Shown: positions 1 through 12,704 of the stretch, one piece after another
How positions within the stretch are numbered: position 1 is the first letter of the stretch
Layout: each line of letters opens with the position of its first letter
Made by a program: the position numbers and the translations under genes
Assembly: GCA_038087875.1 (NCBI GenBank)
Contig: JAXLNO010000370.1
Location: 1 to 36,098, forward strand
Length of the DNA stretch: 36,098 nucleotides
Direction: 5' to 3'
DNA from: Malacoraja senta
Lineage: Eukaryota
The notes under the pieces: model-generated
What the model was told of the DNA's origin: nothing
Seen by the model: the letters and a program-made list of their open reading frames with translations, nothing else
Database searches by the model: none

Positions 1-249
1 TGAAGTTTGCAGATTCTCACTATGGCCACGATGGGTTTCCTCCGGGCGCTCCGGTTTCTTCCCACATTCCGAAGTTGTGCAGGTTCATCGGTTAATTGGC
101 CCTAGTGTGCAGGATGGGATAGTGGGATAACACGGAACAGGTGTTCAGATGATCGATGGTCATCCATGGACTCTCTAGGCCGAAGGGCCTGTTCCCACAC
201 CGTATCTGTAAACTAATCTAAACTAAGTTAAACTAAACTAAACTAAACT
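1..249 (+). mobile_element. V-SINE (HE1-like), head outside the window, with (TAAAC)n tail
   Basis: V-domain gggtttcctccgggcgctccggtttc, CR1-like 3' end ggccgaagggcctgtt, taaac repeats. Confidence 0.8.
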
Positions 250-747
250 GACCACTTCCATATCTAATGACACATCTTGCAACCAATATGTTGTGGTGCT
301 GTGATGTATGTTGTGGCACAGAATATGATGTGTTGACACAAGTTCATTATGCTCAGAAGGAACATATGGATCTCTAGTTCCTGAATCTTCCCATCACTAG
401 AAATGCATTGGTGATTTGTATTTGGTGATTTTGCTCTTTGCATTGGTGATTAAAAAAAAAAGTTTGCTTGGTGAAAGTACTCTGCTGAAAGTAGTACCAG
501 TTGAATTTAGTCGCAGTCCATCAGGAAAGTCCCTGTTGGCCCAATTGAAGCTAATATTTGGATCCAAATCTGTATCTCCAACACCAAGGTCTTGCCTTTA
601 AAATGATCAAACCACCACCAGAAGTGCAGACCCTTCGTGAGATTGATCTAGGGTCCCGACCCGAAATACCATCTGTCCATTCCTTCCACAGATGCTGCCT
701 ACCTGCCTGAGTTCTTCCAACACTTTGTGTTTCGCACAACATAAAAC

Positions 748-1442
748 ACATAGACAATAGACAATAGACAATAGGTGCAGGAGTAGGCCATTCGGCCCTT
801 CGAGCCAGCACCGCCATTCAATGTGATCATGGCTGATCATCCCCAATCAGTACCCTGTTCCTGCCTTCTCCCCATATCCCCTGACTCCGCTATTTTTAAG
901 AGCCCTATCTAGCTATCTCTTGAAAGCATCCAGAGAACCTGCCTCCACCGCCCTCTGAGGCAGAGAATTCCACAGACTCACCACTCTCCGTGAGAAAAAG
1001 TGTTTCCTCGTCTCCGTTCTAAATGGCTTACTCGTTATTCTTAAACTGTGGCCCCTGGTTCTGGACTCCCCCAACATCGGGAACATGTTTCCTGCCTCTA
1101 GCGTGTCCAAGCCCTTAACAATCTTATATGTTTCAATGAGATCTCCTCTCATCCTTCTAAACTCCAGAGTGTACAAGCCCAGCCGCTCCATTGTCTCAGC
1201 ATATGACAGTCCTACCATCCCGGGAATTAACCTTGTAAACCTACGCTGCACTCCCTCAATAGCAAGAATGTCCTTCCTCAAATTAGGGGACCAAAACTGC
1301 ACACAATACTCCAGGTGTGGTCTCACTAGGGATCTGTACAACTGCAGAATGACCTCTTTGCTCCTATATTCGATTCCTCTTGTTATAAAGGCCAACATGC
1401 CATTCGCTTTCTTCACTGCCTGCTGTACCTGCATGCTTACTT
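748..1442 (-). mobile_element. 5'-truncated CR1 (HER1-like) LINE, young copy
   Basis: ORF 913-1434 encodes the CR1 ORF2 C-terminus (LYRSLVRPHLEYCVQFWSP...RGDLIETYK...RTRGHSLR) without stops, followed by 3'UTR and (CTATTGT)n tail. Confidence 0.93.
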
Positions 1443-1490
1443 TGAATAGAAATGCAATGATATCTTTGTGACGTCTTCTTTGTTTTTCAG

Positions 1491-1594
1491 TTTTAACCTG
1501 GACCCCGAGTGCAAGTGCACTGATGACAGGCTGTGGGAGGCATTGGAAATTGCTCAGCTAAAGAACATGGTTAAGTCGCTACCGGGCGGACTAA
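1491..1594 (+). CDS. ABCC9: ABCC9/SUR2 internal coding exon (NBD2), 104 nt
   Basis: Acceptor tgtttttcag| and donor |gtaagt. Translates [34 protein letters not shown], matching SUR2 rather than SUR1 as recalled. Phase joins the exon at 8356. Confidence 0.96.
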
Positions 1595-1872
1595 GTAAGT
1601 GGGCAAGTTCCACGCCTCTCTCTCTTTAAGATGCTGGAATTTGAAATATCAAGGTTACGTGCAAGCTGGAAGCAGGAGTAGGCCATTCAGCCCTTTGTGC
1701 CTGTTCTATCATTTACTCAGATAATGCTTCATAAGTTCATGTGATAGGAGCAGAATTAGGCCATTCTGCCCATCAAGTCTACACCACCATTCAATCCTAG
1801 CTGAACTATCTCTCCATCCTAACCCCATTCTCCTGCCTTCTCCCCATAACCCTTGATCTGACAGTAATCTCT

Positions 1873-2212
1873 ATTGATTGATTGACTGACTGATTGATTA
1901 ATTGACTGATTGAAATATACAGCATGGAAACCGGTCCTTCAGCCCACGCCGACCATCGATCACCTGTTCACACTAGTTCTATGTTATCCCATTTTCGCAT
2001 CCATTCCCTACGCACCAGGGACAATTTACAGAGGCTAATTAACAACCTACAAACCCGCACGTCTTTGGGATGTGGGAGGGAACCCGGAGCACCCGGAGGA
2101 AATCCGCACAGTTGCAGGGAGAACGTGCAAACTCTACACAGGTGGCACCCGAGGTCAGGATCGAACCTGGGTCTCTGGCGCTGTGAGGCGGCACCTCTAC
2201 CAGCTGCGCTAC
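1873..2212 (-). mobile_element. V-SINE (HE1-like) with microsatellite tail
   Basis: Reverse-complement tRNA head (ggatcgaacc), V-domain and ggaaaccggtccttc tail. (GATT/GACT)n at 1873-1912. Confidence 0.8.
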
Positions 2213-2504
2213 CATGGATACTCATTCCATCAGTCTGAAGGAGGGTCCCGACCCGAAACACCGCCTGTCCATTCACTTCCTGGACGCTGCCTGACCCGCT
2301 AAGTTACTCCAGCTCTTTGTCGTTTTGCTCAAGTATTTCTCTAACTCTGCCTTAAAAAGTACTCAAAGATTTCACAGAGAGAGAGTTCCAAAGATTCTTG
2401 AATCCCAAGAGAAAAAATAATAATTTCTGCTGTCCTAAAAATAATGATCCTTATTTTTTACTCAGTTTACCCCAAAATTTAGATTCTCACAGAATTGAAA
2501 ACAT

Positions 2505-2815
2505 ACTTTAGACTTTAAAACATTCAGCGTGGAAACAGGCCCTTCGGCCCATTGGGTCTCCGCCGACCAGCGATCACCCCGTACACTTGAACTATCTTGC
2601 ACACTGGTGACAATTTACAATTGTAACCGAAGTCAATTGATCTACAAGCCTGTACGACTTTAGAGCGTGGGAGAAAGCTGGAGCACCTGGAGAAAACCCA
2701 CGTGATCACAGGGAGAACGTACAAACTCTGTACAGACAGCATCCAGTCAGGATCGAACATTGGTCTCTGGCGCTGTAAGGCAGCAACTCTACTGCTGTGC
2801 CACTGTGCCGCCCCA
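2505..2815 (-). mobile_element. V-SINE (HE1-like)
   Basis: Full head-to-tail match to the other copies in the window. Confidence 0.8.
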
Positions 2816-3114
2816 CACCTCTCCACACCTGTTTTGCCAAAACACCTCAAGATCTCGTATGTTTCAATCATGTCCCCCCGTATTCTTCTAGACTCCAGCA
2901 GGTACAAGCCCAGACTGAATAACCTTCCATCATAAGGGACAAACTGCCCTGTATCCATCCATAAACCTTCTCTGAGATTGATATCCGGCGACTCACTGCT
3001 GGTCCTCACAGGACAGACCAGTGTCACTGTTCAGTTTGGTTCCTCACAAACCATTACATGGTTTCCCTGCTGCTCAGATTGAAGATTAGTTCGTTTTTAC
3101 CTGTTACCATAAAA

Positions 3115-3425
3115 TCATAAGAAATAGAAGCAGAATTAGGCCATTCGGTTCGAATCTGCTCTACCATTCGAACATGCCAGATCTAATTTTTCCCCCTCTA
3201 CCGCGTTCTCCCCGCAACCTCGGAGGCTCCCACTAATCAAAAACCTAATCTGTGCTTTAAAAATACCCTAATTCCACAGCCGTATGTGGCTATGAATTGC
3301 ACAGATTCATCATCCTCTGGCTAAAGACATTCCTTTTCACCTCCATTCTAAAGGTACATCCTTTTATTCTGAGGCCGTGCCCTCTGGTCCTAGACTCTCC
3401 CACTGCTGGAAACATCCTCTCTCCA
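3115..3425 (-). mobile_element. CR1 LINE 3' fragment
   Basis: gcagaattaggccattcgg tail and aattgcacagattca...cctctggtcctagactctccc, homologous to 748-1442. Confidence 0.75.
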
Positions 3426-4154
3426 TCCAATCTCTTTAGATCCATTAGTTAACAACATACACTAAAGCAGTGCGCCATAAAAAAGTTTGCTGAGGTAGGT
3501 CTTATCTTTGCTTAGACTTTACTTTCTTGGTAAGGAGAGGCTTCCAATTGGAAGCAAAGACTGTCCAGACCTTCATTTTATCCCTTTGGTGTCATCTTTT
3601 TACTGAGACAATCTTTTACGATTGAGAATGACTGGCTTCCATAACAGTTTTATAAGAAAGGTCCCGACCCGAAAGGAGCAGGAATCAACCATTCAGAACT
3701 TCTGGATCATGGCTGATCTTCTACCTTATACTATTTTCCTAAACTATCTCTATTTTCCTTGAGACCCAGAAAGATATTGATAGCCTGTTTTAGATAAACT
3801 CAAGAACTGATTGTGGGAAACGCAAGGTGTGTAGATGCTGGAATCTTGGCTAAAACGCAAAAGTGCTGTAGGAACTCAGCGGGTCAGGCGGCATCTGGGA
3901 AGGGAATGGACTGACGACGTTTCGGGTCGGGACCTTTCTTCTGTTGTGACCATTGTGAGAACTGAGGACTTCTCCACAAATGGGGCCGGAGTGCCTGATG
4001 GGACGTTTGGATGGGCCGTTGTTGGGTGGTGTGCTTTCCCTGTCATTTACGCTGGGTTTCCCCATGTCGCCATCACATCATCACCATCTTGTCATCACCA
4101 TCTTGAATGATTCGTTGCCATTTTGAATGGTCATGGTCCAGAGATTCCCAGGCC

Positions 4155-4450
4155 TCAGAGTTTCTCCAGGGTGGAAATGCCAAAGACTAGCGGGCATTGC
4201 TTTAAGGTGAGAGGGACACAGTTTAAGGGAGGTGCGCATGGCAGATCTTTTTTATAAAGAGGGTGGTGGAGACCTGGGGTAGTGAAGGTGTTGGTGGAGG
4301 CTGACATGATAATGGCGTTTAAGAAACTTTTAGACAGGCACAAGGATATGCAGAGAATAGAGGGATATGGATTATGTGCATGCAGATTAGAATTGGTCTT
4401 AGCATCATGTTCGGCACAGACATTGTGGGCAGAAGGGCCTGATCCTGAGC
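4155..4450 (+). mobile_element. CR1 LINE 3' fragment
   Basis: actagcgggcattgctttaaggtgagagg (TRGHxFKVRG) through the gggcagaagggcctg tail. Confidence 0.75.
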
Positions 4451-4774
4451 CCTATGAGTTGGTGTTGTATTTCATTATGGATTGTGGCTGATTTTATTTT
4501 ATTATGCAGTGGAATATTCTTAAATATTTTCCTTTGTCCGTCTGCTAGCTTCTTCCCATGAACGAGCTCAGAGTAGAAAGTCAGAAAGTTATGTTGCATG
4601 AGAAAAGTGATCAACCAGGAAAGCATTTACATGAATCCTATTTTATTCTTCCCACATTTCCATCAACTTTCCCCACATACTCCCACTCAAACCTACACAC
4701 TCGGGACGATTGAACACTGAACAATTAATCTGGTTGGCCCCCTGTATTTGGCACAATCATAGTCACAGAGTCGC

Positions 4775-5115
4775 AATGAGATACAGCACGGAGCAGACCG
4801 TTCAGCCCATCATGTCCGTGCCGATCATTGATCACCCATTACACTCATCCTATATTAATCCCATTTTTGTTCATTTGCCCCAGACTTCCTCCGATTCTAC
4901 CACTTATCTACACACTAGGGGGGCAATTTACAGAGGGCCAATTAGACAACCATCCTGCACATCTTTGGGATGTGGGAGGAAACCGAAGCACCCGGAGGGA
5001 ACCCACGAGGTGACAGGGAGAACGTGCAAACTCCGTACACAGAGCAACCAAGATCACAATTGATCCCCGGGTCTCTAGCACTGTGAGGCAGCGGCTCTAT
5101 CAGCTGCACCACTGT
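4775..5115 (-). mobile_element. V-SINE (HE1-like)
   Basis: Reverse-complement V-domain tgtgggaggaaaccgaagcacccggagg and tRNA head. Confidence 0.75.
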
Positions 5116-5644
5116 TTCCATGCTGTACAATTCTATAAGTCATAGAGATATATACCTCTACCCCATTGCGGACATTGGACTTTGTCTCTGGAACTGGTGT
5201 GCTACAATGCTGAGAACTATATTCTGCACTCTGTATCTTCCCCTTTGCTCTACCTATTGTACCTGAGTTTGAATTGATTGTATCTATGTATGGTATAGGT
5301 TCATAAGTCATAGGAGCAGAGTTAGGCCATTCGGCCCATCGAGTATCCTCCGCCATTTAATCATAGCTGATCTAACTTTCCCTCTCAACCCCACTCTCCT
5401 GCCTTCTCCCCATAACCTTTGACCCCGTTTGTAATGTATATCTGATCTGTTTGGGGAGCATGCAAAACAAATGATTTTCACTGGACCTCAGTACACGTGA
5501 CAATAATTAAACTGAACCTAAACCGAAAGGGGTAACAGATTACGAGGGGATGTGAGAGGGACCTTTCTCACCCTGAGAATGGTGAGTACCTGGAATGCAC
5601 TGCTGGAGAGAGGTGGGAGCAGAGTAGTTGACAGCATTTATGGA

Positions 5645-5897
5645 CTGTGTAGGAAAGAACTGCAGATGCTGGTTTAAATCGAAGATAGACACAAAATGCC
5701 GGAGTAACTCAGAGGGACAGGCAGCATCTCTGGGGGGAAGGATTGGGTGACATTTCGGGTGGAGACCCTTCTTCAGACTGACTTCAGACTTCAAATATCA
5801 GTCTGAAGAAGGGTCTCGACCCGAAACATCACCCATTCCTTCTCTCCAGAGATGCTGCCTGTCCCGCTGAATTACTCCAGCATTTTGAGTCTATCTA
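5645..5897. mobile_element. Penelope-like terminal repeat in fold-back arrangement, with hammerhead-like core
   Basis: About 100-bp inverted arms (gagtaactcag...cccttcttcagactga / tcagtctgaagaaggg...ctgaattactcc). CTGAAGA-gggtc/gaccc-GAAA at 5803-5826. Confidence 0.65.
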
Positions 5898-6879
5898 AAA
5901 TTTATGGACTCTCCAAATAAGCATGTGAATTGCCATAGGTATAGAAAGCTACTGGCCATATAGAGTTACAGAGTCATACAGCATGGAAACAGGCCCTTCG
6001 GCCCAACTCATCCATGCTGACGAAGATGCTCCATCTAATTTAGTCGCATTTGCCTCTTGTGTGACCATATCCCTGTAACTTTTTCCTATCCATGTCCCTA
6101 TCCCAATATCTTTTAACTGCTTTTATGGTACCTGCCTCAACTATGTTCTCTAGCAGCTCATTCCATATACCCACCACGCTCTGAGAAATGGGAGATGAGA
6201 TTAATATGAAGAAGTGCCCACTGCTCAGCACGGGCATGATGGGCTGAATGGCCTGTTTCCCTACTCTTTGTAACTGATAATCTGACTTCCGACCTAAGTA
6301 TGTTTTTGTGTCAAGTACGTTTCGGGTCGATACTTGAAGAAGGGTCTCGACCCAAAACGTCACCCATTCCTTCTCTCCAGGGATGCTGCCTGATCCGCTG
6401 AGTTACTCCAGCATTTTGTGTCTATCTTGGGTTTAAATCAGCACCTGCAGTTCCTTCCTACACAGTATGTATTCGTTGCTGTCTGCAACTGACCTGAGAG
6501 GGTTTGCCTGATATGGATCATGTTTAATTTTCCAAAGCTGTCGTCTTTATTTTAAAATATGAAATGATGACTCAGATTATGTTACAGATCCATCTTTGTC
6601 AAATGCCTCATGGGACCATTCTCGACATGTGAAGCTTGTGCAGAGCTTATTCACTTCCAGTAATCTGCAGCGGGTTCACAGAATCGACAATCTTTTTGGC
6701 AACATGCACAGATTTGTTTTACAAATTTTTGGGGGCCGTTGAGTAGATTGGACAAAATAGTGGGGGAAAAAAGAAGCTAAGTTTTCAAAGTTGGAGTGAA
6801 AAACTCATTAATAAGAAAATAAAAATCACGGTAAATGATAGAGTTAGGCAGAAGTACAAAAAACCTAGTGAGAGCGATG

Positions 6880-7195
6880 TTTAGTATAAGTTAGTTTTGT
6901 TTAGTTTAGAGATGCAGCGCGGAAACAGGCCCTTCAGCCCACCAAGTCCGTGCTGACCAACAATCACCCGCACACTAGTTCTATCCTACACAGTAGGGAC
7001 AATTTCCAGAAGGCAATTAACCTACAAACCCGCACGTCTTTGGAATGTTGGAGGAAACCGTGGCACCCGGAGAAAACCCAGGCAATCAGAGGGAGAACGT
7101 ACAAACTCCGTACAGACAGTACCCATAGTCAGGATCGACCCCGGATCTCCAGTGCTGTAAGGCAACAACTCTACCGCTGCGCCACTGGGCCTCCC
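6880..7195 (-). mobile_element. V-SINE (HE1-like)
   Basis: (GTTTA)n tail, V-domain and tRNA head on the reverse strand. Confidence 0.8.
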
Positions 7196-7204
7196 CCGAT
7201 TTGT

Positions 7205-7440
7205 GAAGCAAGTCTTTTACACAGAGGGTGGTGGGTACTTGGAACGCACTGCCAGGGGTGATGGTGGAGGCAGATATGATGGTGGTGTTCAAGAGGCTTT
7301 TAGATAGGCGCATGGATATGCTGGAAATGGAGGGATATGAATCTTGTGCAAGCTGAAGAGATTAGTTTATCTTGACATTATGGTTGGCACAGATATTATG
7401 GGCTGAATGGCCCGTTCCTGGGTGTTTTATTCTATGTTTT
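7205..7440 (+). mobile_element. CR1 LINE 3' fragment
   Basis: ttttacacagagggtggtgggtacttggaacgcactgcc (FTQRVVGTWNALP) and tail. Confidence 0.75.
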
Positions 7441-7732
7441 ATGGTTTAAGAGTTCCTATTGATATTGATATTGAACAGAATTCACAAAGTAGGTATTGGA
7501 CTCATAGAAAGGAAAGTAATAGAGGAAAACAAAAATATTTAAACAGGTAATTTGTATCAGTCTATCCTATAGAGGATACTGTTAACATCATAGCAATTGC
7601 TCTCAATCGAGGACTGGATGGGAGGGAGGAACGGGAAAATTACTAGGAAAGTGGTACTGAGCACACAATCACAGCTATCATACTGTCAGATCGGCTGAAG
7701 GAGGCCATACAGCCTGCCTAGCCAAGGCCAAG

Positions 7733-8040
7733 GGCAGCACGGTGGCATAGCGGTAGAGTTGCTGCCTTACAGTGCTTGCAGCATCGGAGACCCGGGTTCG
7801 ATCCCGACTACGGGTGCTGTCTGTACAGAGTTTGTACGTTCATCCCCATGACCACATGGATTTTCTCGGAGATCTTCGGTTTCCTCCCACACTCCAAAGA
7901 CTTAAAAGTATGTAGGTAAATTGGCTTGGTATAAGTGTAAATTGTCCCTAGTGTGTGTAGAATAGTGTTAATATGCGGGGATTGCTACATCAATGCGGAC
8001 TTGATGGGCCGAAGGGCCTGTTTCCGCGATGTATCTCTAA
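7733..8040 (+). mobile_element. V-SINE (HE1-like)
   Basis: A box tggcatagcgg, B box ggttcgatcc, V-domain and CR1-like tail. Confidence 0.82.
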
Positions 8041-8210
8041 AAAAACCTCTACTGTACACACGCATACTGTCACAGGCCCTTCCCGCTGAATTAATCTAGC
8101 ACTTTGCGTCCTTTTTTGTAACTTGCAAACCTGCACGTCTTTGGGATCTGGGAGGAAGCTGGAGCACAAGGAACTGCAGATGCCTGAATCTTGAGCAAAA
8201 CACAAAGTGA

Positions 8211-8495
<285 letters not shown>

Positions 8496-8656
8496 TGAGC
8501 ATCTGATGAAACCCCCAGCTGTTTCTTAGAGCCGAACACATAGATAAGGACAAACCTTTGAAGGATTTACAACATAAAAATTCACCAAATGTTACCCTGC
8601 TGTAAAACATAACATCTTTTAATTGGCAAAAATGCAGGGAATAGTGTCATAACACA

Positions 8657-8975
8657 GGGGCGGCACGGTGGCGCAGCAGTAGAACTGCTGCCTTACAGCG
8701 CCAGAGACCCGGGTTCCATCCCGACCACGGGTGCTATCTGCAAATAGTCTGCACGTTCTCCCCGTGCCCTGCGTGCGTTTTCTCCGAGATCTTCGGATTC
8801 CTCTCACACTCCAAAGACGTACAGCACTGTCAGTTAATTGGCTTAGTATAAATGTAAAAATTGTCCCTAGTGTGTGAAGGATGGTGGTAGTGTATGGGGA
8901 TCGCTGGTCAGTGCAGACTCAGTGAGCCGAAGGGCTTGTTTCCATGCTGTATCTCTAAATTAAACTAAACTAAAC
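8657..8975 (+). mobile_element. V-SINE (HE1-like)
   Basis: gggcggcacggtggcgcagc head through (TAAAC)n tail. Confidence 0.82.
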
Positions 8976-9324
8976 AAGATACAGTACATAAAAACATAGT
9001 CATAAAAGCAGATAGCACGGAAACAGACCCTTGGCCCGCCGTGTCCACATTGACAATTTTTCCCGTCTACAATAATCCCATTGCCCCACATTAAGACCAT
9101 GGCATTGTCGGTTTAAGTGTATGATAAATGCCTCTTAAACATGGTGATGGTTTCTGAACCCATTGCCTCTTTTGACAGCAAATACCAATTGTCAGGCACT
9201 CTGTTTAAAAAAAAAAAGCTCACACCTCAGATCTCCATTAAATCTTGTACCTCACACCTTAGATTTCTGTCCTCTCGAGCCCCCTGCCACTGGAAACAAA
9301 GATTTGGACTTTTCTATCCGATTA

Positions 9325-9610
9325 GGGGCGGCACAGTGGTAGATCTGTTGCCTCACAGCGCCAGAGACCCGGGTTCGATTCTAACCTTGGGTGCTGTCTG
9401 TGTAGAGTTTGCACGTTCTCCCTGCGACCACGTGGGTTTCCTGAGGTTTCCTCCCACGTCCCAAAGATGTGCAGGTCTGTAGGTTAATTGGCCTCTGTAA
9501 ATTGTCCCTACTGTGTCGTATAGAACTAGTGTACGGGGTGATTGCTGGTAGGTGCGGACTCGTGGGCCGAAGGGCCTGTTTCCACGCTGTATCTCTAAAC
9601 TAAGCTAAAG
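9325..9610 (+). mobile_element. V-SINE (HE1-like)
   Basis: Head, V-domain and gggccgaagggcctgtttcc tail. Confidence 0.82.
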
Positions 9611-9629
9611 CTATGCTTTTCATAGTTAA

Positions 9630-9945
9630 AGCCGTGTCCCACTGTTCGAGTTCATTCAAGTGCTCTCCCGAGTTAAAAAAAAAAATCAAACTCGTGGTAA
9701 GCACGTAGAATGAACGTAGCGGGTACGTCGGAGCTCGGGGACGTCTCTTAGCGGCTCGTAACGCTAACGACAGGTACTCGGGAAACGCGGTAAGCTCGGG
9801 AAGATTTGTGAAGATTTTTCAACATGTTGAAAAATGTCCACGAGAGCCCCGAGTACTTACGAGCGGCCATTACCGTAAATCTCCGAGTTCGAATCAGGGC
9901 AAACTCGGGAGAACTCTGAATGAACTCGTACAGTGGGACAGGGCT
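9630..9945. mobile_element. Non-autonomous DNA transposon (MITE), copy 1
   Basis: 29-bp TIR with 2 mismatches (agccgtgtcccactgttcgagttcattca / tgaatgaactcgtacagtgggacagggct). Interior is homologous to 26931-27225. Confidence 0.85.
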
Positions 9946-10329
9946 ATTACTCTCCTTTCAAGACTATCACCAACCAATTTTTTCCAGGATGTTCCTAACA
10001 TCCTCATGGAGCCATGGCTGCTATGGCCAATATCATTAGGGCCATAGCCAGCATTCCCCGTGGTCAATAGGAGATTCCCAGTATCCTCGTCAGCCAGCAT
10101 TCTCGGTCCCAACATGCTTAATGTCTCCCGATGATCTAAATGGACCAACGTCACATAATCCTCTACCTCATCAACTTTAGTGTGCAGATCAAGAGTGTTT
10201 AACTGTCATATGTACCAATGACAGAACAATTAACTCCTTGCTGCAGCTGAACAGGCCTGTAAATGCAATAATATACAGAGAAATATATAACAATCAATAT
10301 AAAGTAAATTAATATTTTAAGAAACTGTA

Positions 10330-10785
10330 AGCGGTACCATCAGACTCAGGAATAGCTACTTCCCCTCTGTTATCAGGTTTCTGTACAATCCTTCCATAAG
10401 CTAGGGTACTGTCTGATTCACCTCTATCCCATTAAGGACATTGGACTTCATAAATTCATAAGTCATAGGAGCAGAATTAGGCCATTCGGCCCATCGAGTC
10501 TCCTCTGCCATTCAATCATGGCTGATCTATCTTTCCCTCTCAACCCCATTCTCTGCCTTCTCCCTGTAACCATTGATACCTTGGAAGAAGCTGTTCTTGA
10601 ACTTGGTGGTCATGGTTTACAGGCTCCTGTACCTTCTTCCCGATGGGAGGAGCAAAATGGGAGCATGGCCAGGTTGGTGCGGGTCTTTGATGACTTTTTT
10701 AGACATGCCTCCTGTAAAGCCTTTCGATGGTGGGGAGGTCAGTACCTGTGATGGACCGGGCATTGTCTATGATCTCACAACTTAG
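10330..10785. mobile_element. Cluster of Rex1/Babar-like 3' fragments in both orientations plus a CR1 tail
   Basis: accatcagactcaggaatagctacttcccc on + (TIRLRNSYFP). gaagaagctgttcttgaacttgg on - (RFKNSFF-like). CR1 tail at about 10452-10580. Confidence 0.6.
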
Positions 10786-11214
10786 ATTGTGCCAAGTAGG
10801 ATGAGAATCAGATTCTCGATCATTGACTTTGACCCACGGAACATTAACTGCACTGCCTAAGTAGAAACAATCTCTTCATCATATTAAAAAAAGTCATTTA
10901 ATCTACGTGATTTATTTTGAGAAAACATTGTTGTTCAAAGTGTTCTCTTTACATTAGAAAAGTAGACATTTCTTTTGAACAACAGAATGGCCATTGGAAA
11001 CTGGGAAACCTTCCAATACAAACTGCACCAAAGGGTGAATCTACTTCAAATCAGCTCAGGACTTAGCAGTGCAGGCTGCAGCCGAAAAGAATATTGCATT
11101 TATAGAGTCAATCAGCCCACCACATCCATGACAACCATTGGGTACCCAACCTTGTTATCCCATCATCAAACTTGGCCTAGAGCCATCTATACTAAACCTG
11201 CTTTGTACACTCAC

Positions 11215-11490
11215 CTATATCCCTCCCTCTGGCTTTCCATTTCACCCTCCTTCTCCCCATATCTGACACCCTTTTGTCTCCTTTTTATCTCTTCTTTTGT
11301 TACTTACGCAACGTTTCGGGTCGAGACCCTTGCAAGGCTTTGTCCCCATCTCTCTTTTCCAGCTTTCTCCCCCCTCTATCCCCGATTACAGTCAGTCTGA
11401 AGAAGGGTCATGACCCGAAAGGTCACCGGTCGATTCCCTCCACAGATGGTGCTTGAGCCGCTGAGTTCCTCCTGCACCTTGTGTCTTGTG
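11215..11490 (+). mobile_element. Penelope-like terminal fragment
   Basis: Pyrimidine-rich leader followed by cagtctgaagaagggtcatgacccgaaaggtcacc...gctgagttcctcc. Confidence 0.55.
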
Positions 11491-11706
11491 AACGCAACAT
11501 GGCTGACTGGGTTTACCGTTTAAAAGACAAATCTTCTGCCTTTTTGCAACGTACCAGAGAGAGGGAGACTTGGGTTTTTTCCTGGGAGAATTGATGTCTC
11601 TCTTAAAATAAATTTTGCTTATGATTTTGTCATGAAGCCATTCTTTCTGGGGCAGTTCTGCATTTACAGGTACGCTATGATTTCTAAATCTGTTCTTCTT
11701 TACTAG

Positions 11707-11769
11707 GAGAGCATTTTGCAAAAAGTGGTAATGACAGCCTTTGCCGATCGAACTGTGGTGACAATCGCA
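11707..11769 (+). CDS. ABCC9: ABCC9/SUR2 last common coding exon, 63 nt
   Basis: Acceptor ttctttactag| and donor |gtaagt. Translates ESILQKVVMTAFADRTVVTIA, phase 0 at both ends. Confidence 0.96.
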
Positions 11770-12036
11770 GTAAGTGTAACATTTACGCTGATTATTAAAC
11801 AATTGTAGCTCCCCTCCCCTGTGTATTCCTCTTTGCAATACATTGACTTTTAATTTTATGTGAACATTAATCAATGTTGGAGCATAACAGTCTTATCTTT
11901 ATAATTGCATTATATTGATTGGTCACTCCTCTTTGCTGAGTTGTTTTAGTTGTCGGGCATATATATCTAAATGATGAAAACAGCTATTAATATCAATCCA
12001 GAAGGCAGAGACAGAACGATACTGGCAAAAGATTAG

Positions 12037-12240
12037 GACGGCCCAGTGGCGGTAGAGTTGCTGCCTTACAGCACCAGAGACCCAGGTTCGACCCTGACTA
12101 AGAGTGCTGTTTATACAGAATTTGCACATTCTCCCTGTGATTGTGTGGATTTTTTCCAGGTGCTCCGGTTTCTACCCATATTCCAAAGACATACAGGTTT
12201 GTAGGTTAATTGGCTTTGGAAACTAATGTTTCCACACTGT
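12037..12240 (+). mobile_element. V-SINE (HE1-like), internally deleted
   Basis: Head with ggttcgaccc B box and V-domain, shortened 3' part. Confidence 0.75.
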
Positions 12241-12704
12241 AAGACTTTATGACCCTTCTTCAGTCTGAAGAAAGGTCCCAATATGAAACATCATCTATCC
12301 ATGTTCTCCAGAGATGCTGCCTGACCCACTGAGTTTCTCCAGCCCTTTGTGCCTTTCATGAATTGATTTGAAGTCAAGTACCAAACCCCCTATGTACTCT
12401 CCAAATATTGGAAGCTTCCTCAGCAACTTTAGAAATAAAAGCTATCTTCATGCCTGGAAGTTAGAATGAATGCATCAGTGTAAATGATGGGGTGGGTTTT
12501 AACTTTATCCGTGCTGGTGTGCATTGTGTGATAACAAGTACGCTGGCTGCCTCAATAGAAGCCAAGGGTTGGGTGAGTTATAAAGCAGGCTGCCAATTCA
12601 CCATCGCTCATTTTACATTATTAGCATGTTCCCCTTGGCCATTATAAGAAGAAAACAAAATCTATGTTTAATTAAGTTTTTTGAGTAAAAGTGTGGAAGT
12701 GTAA

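Noticed and set aside
913..1434. Functional reverse transcriptase gene
   Set aside because: Only the C-terminal part of CR1 ORF2 is present. It is 5'-truncated and lacks the catalytic RT core.
9894..10154. 86-aa ORF and a 9-bp hairpin (gctatggcc/ggccatagc) at about 10020-10048
   Set aside because: No recognisable homology, and a single short stem is within chance expectation.
11392..11874. 160-aa minus-strand ORF
   Set aside because: It is antisense to an ABCC9 exon, ends in repeat sequence and has no domain features.
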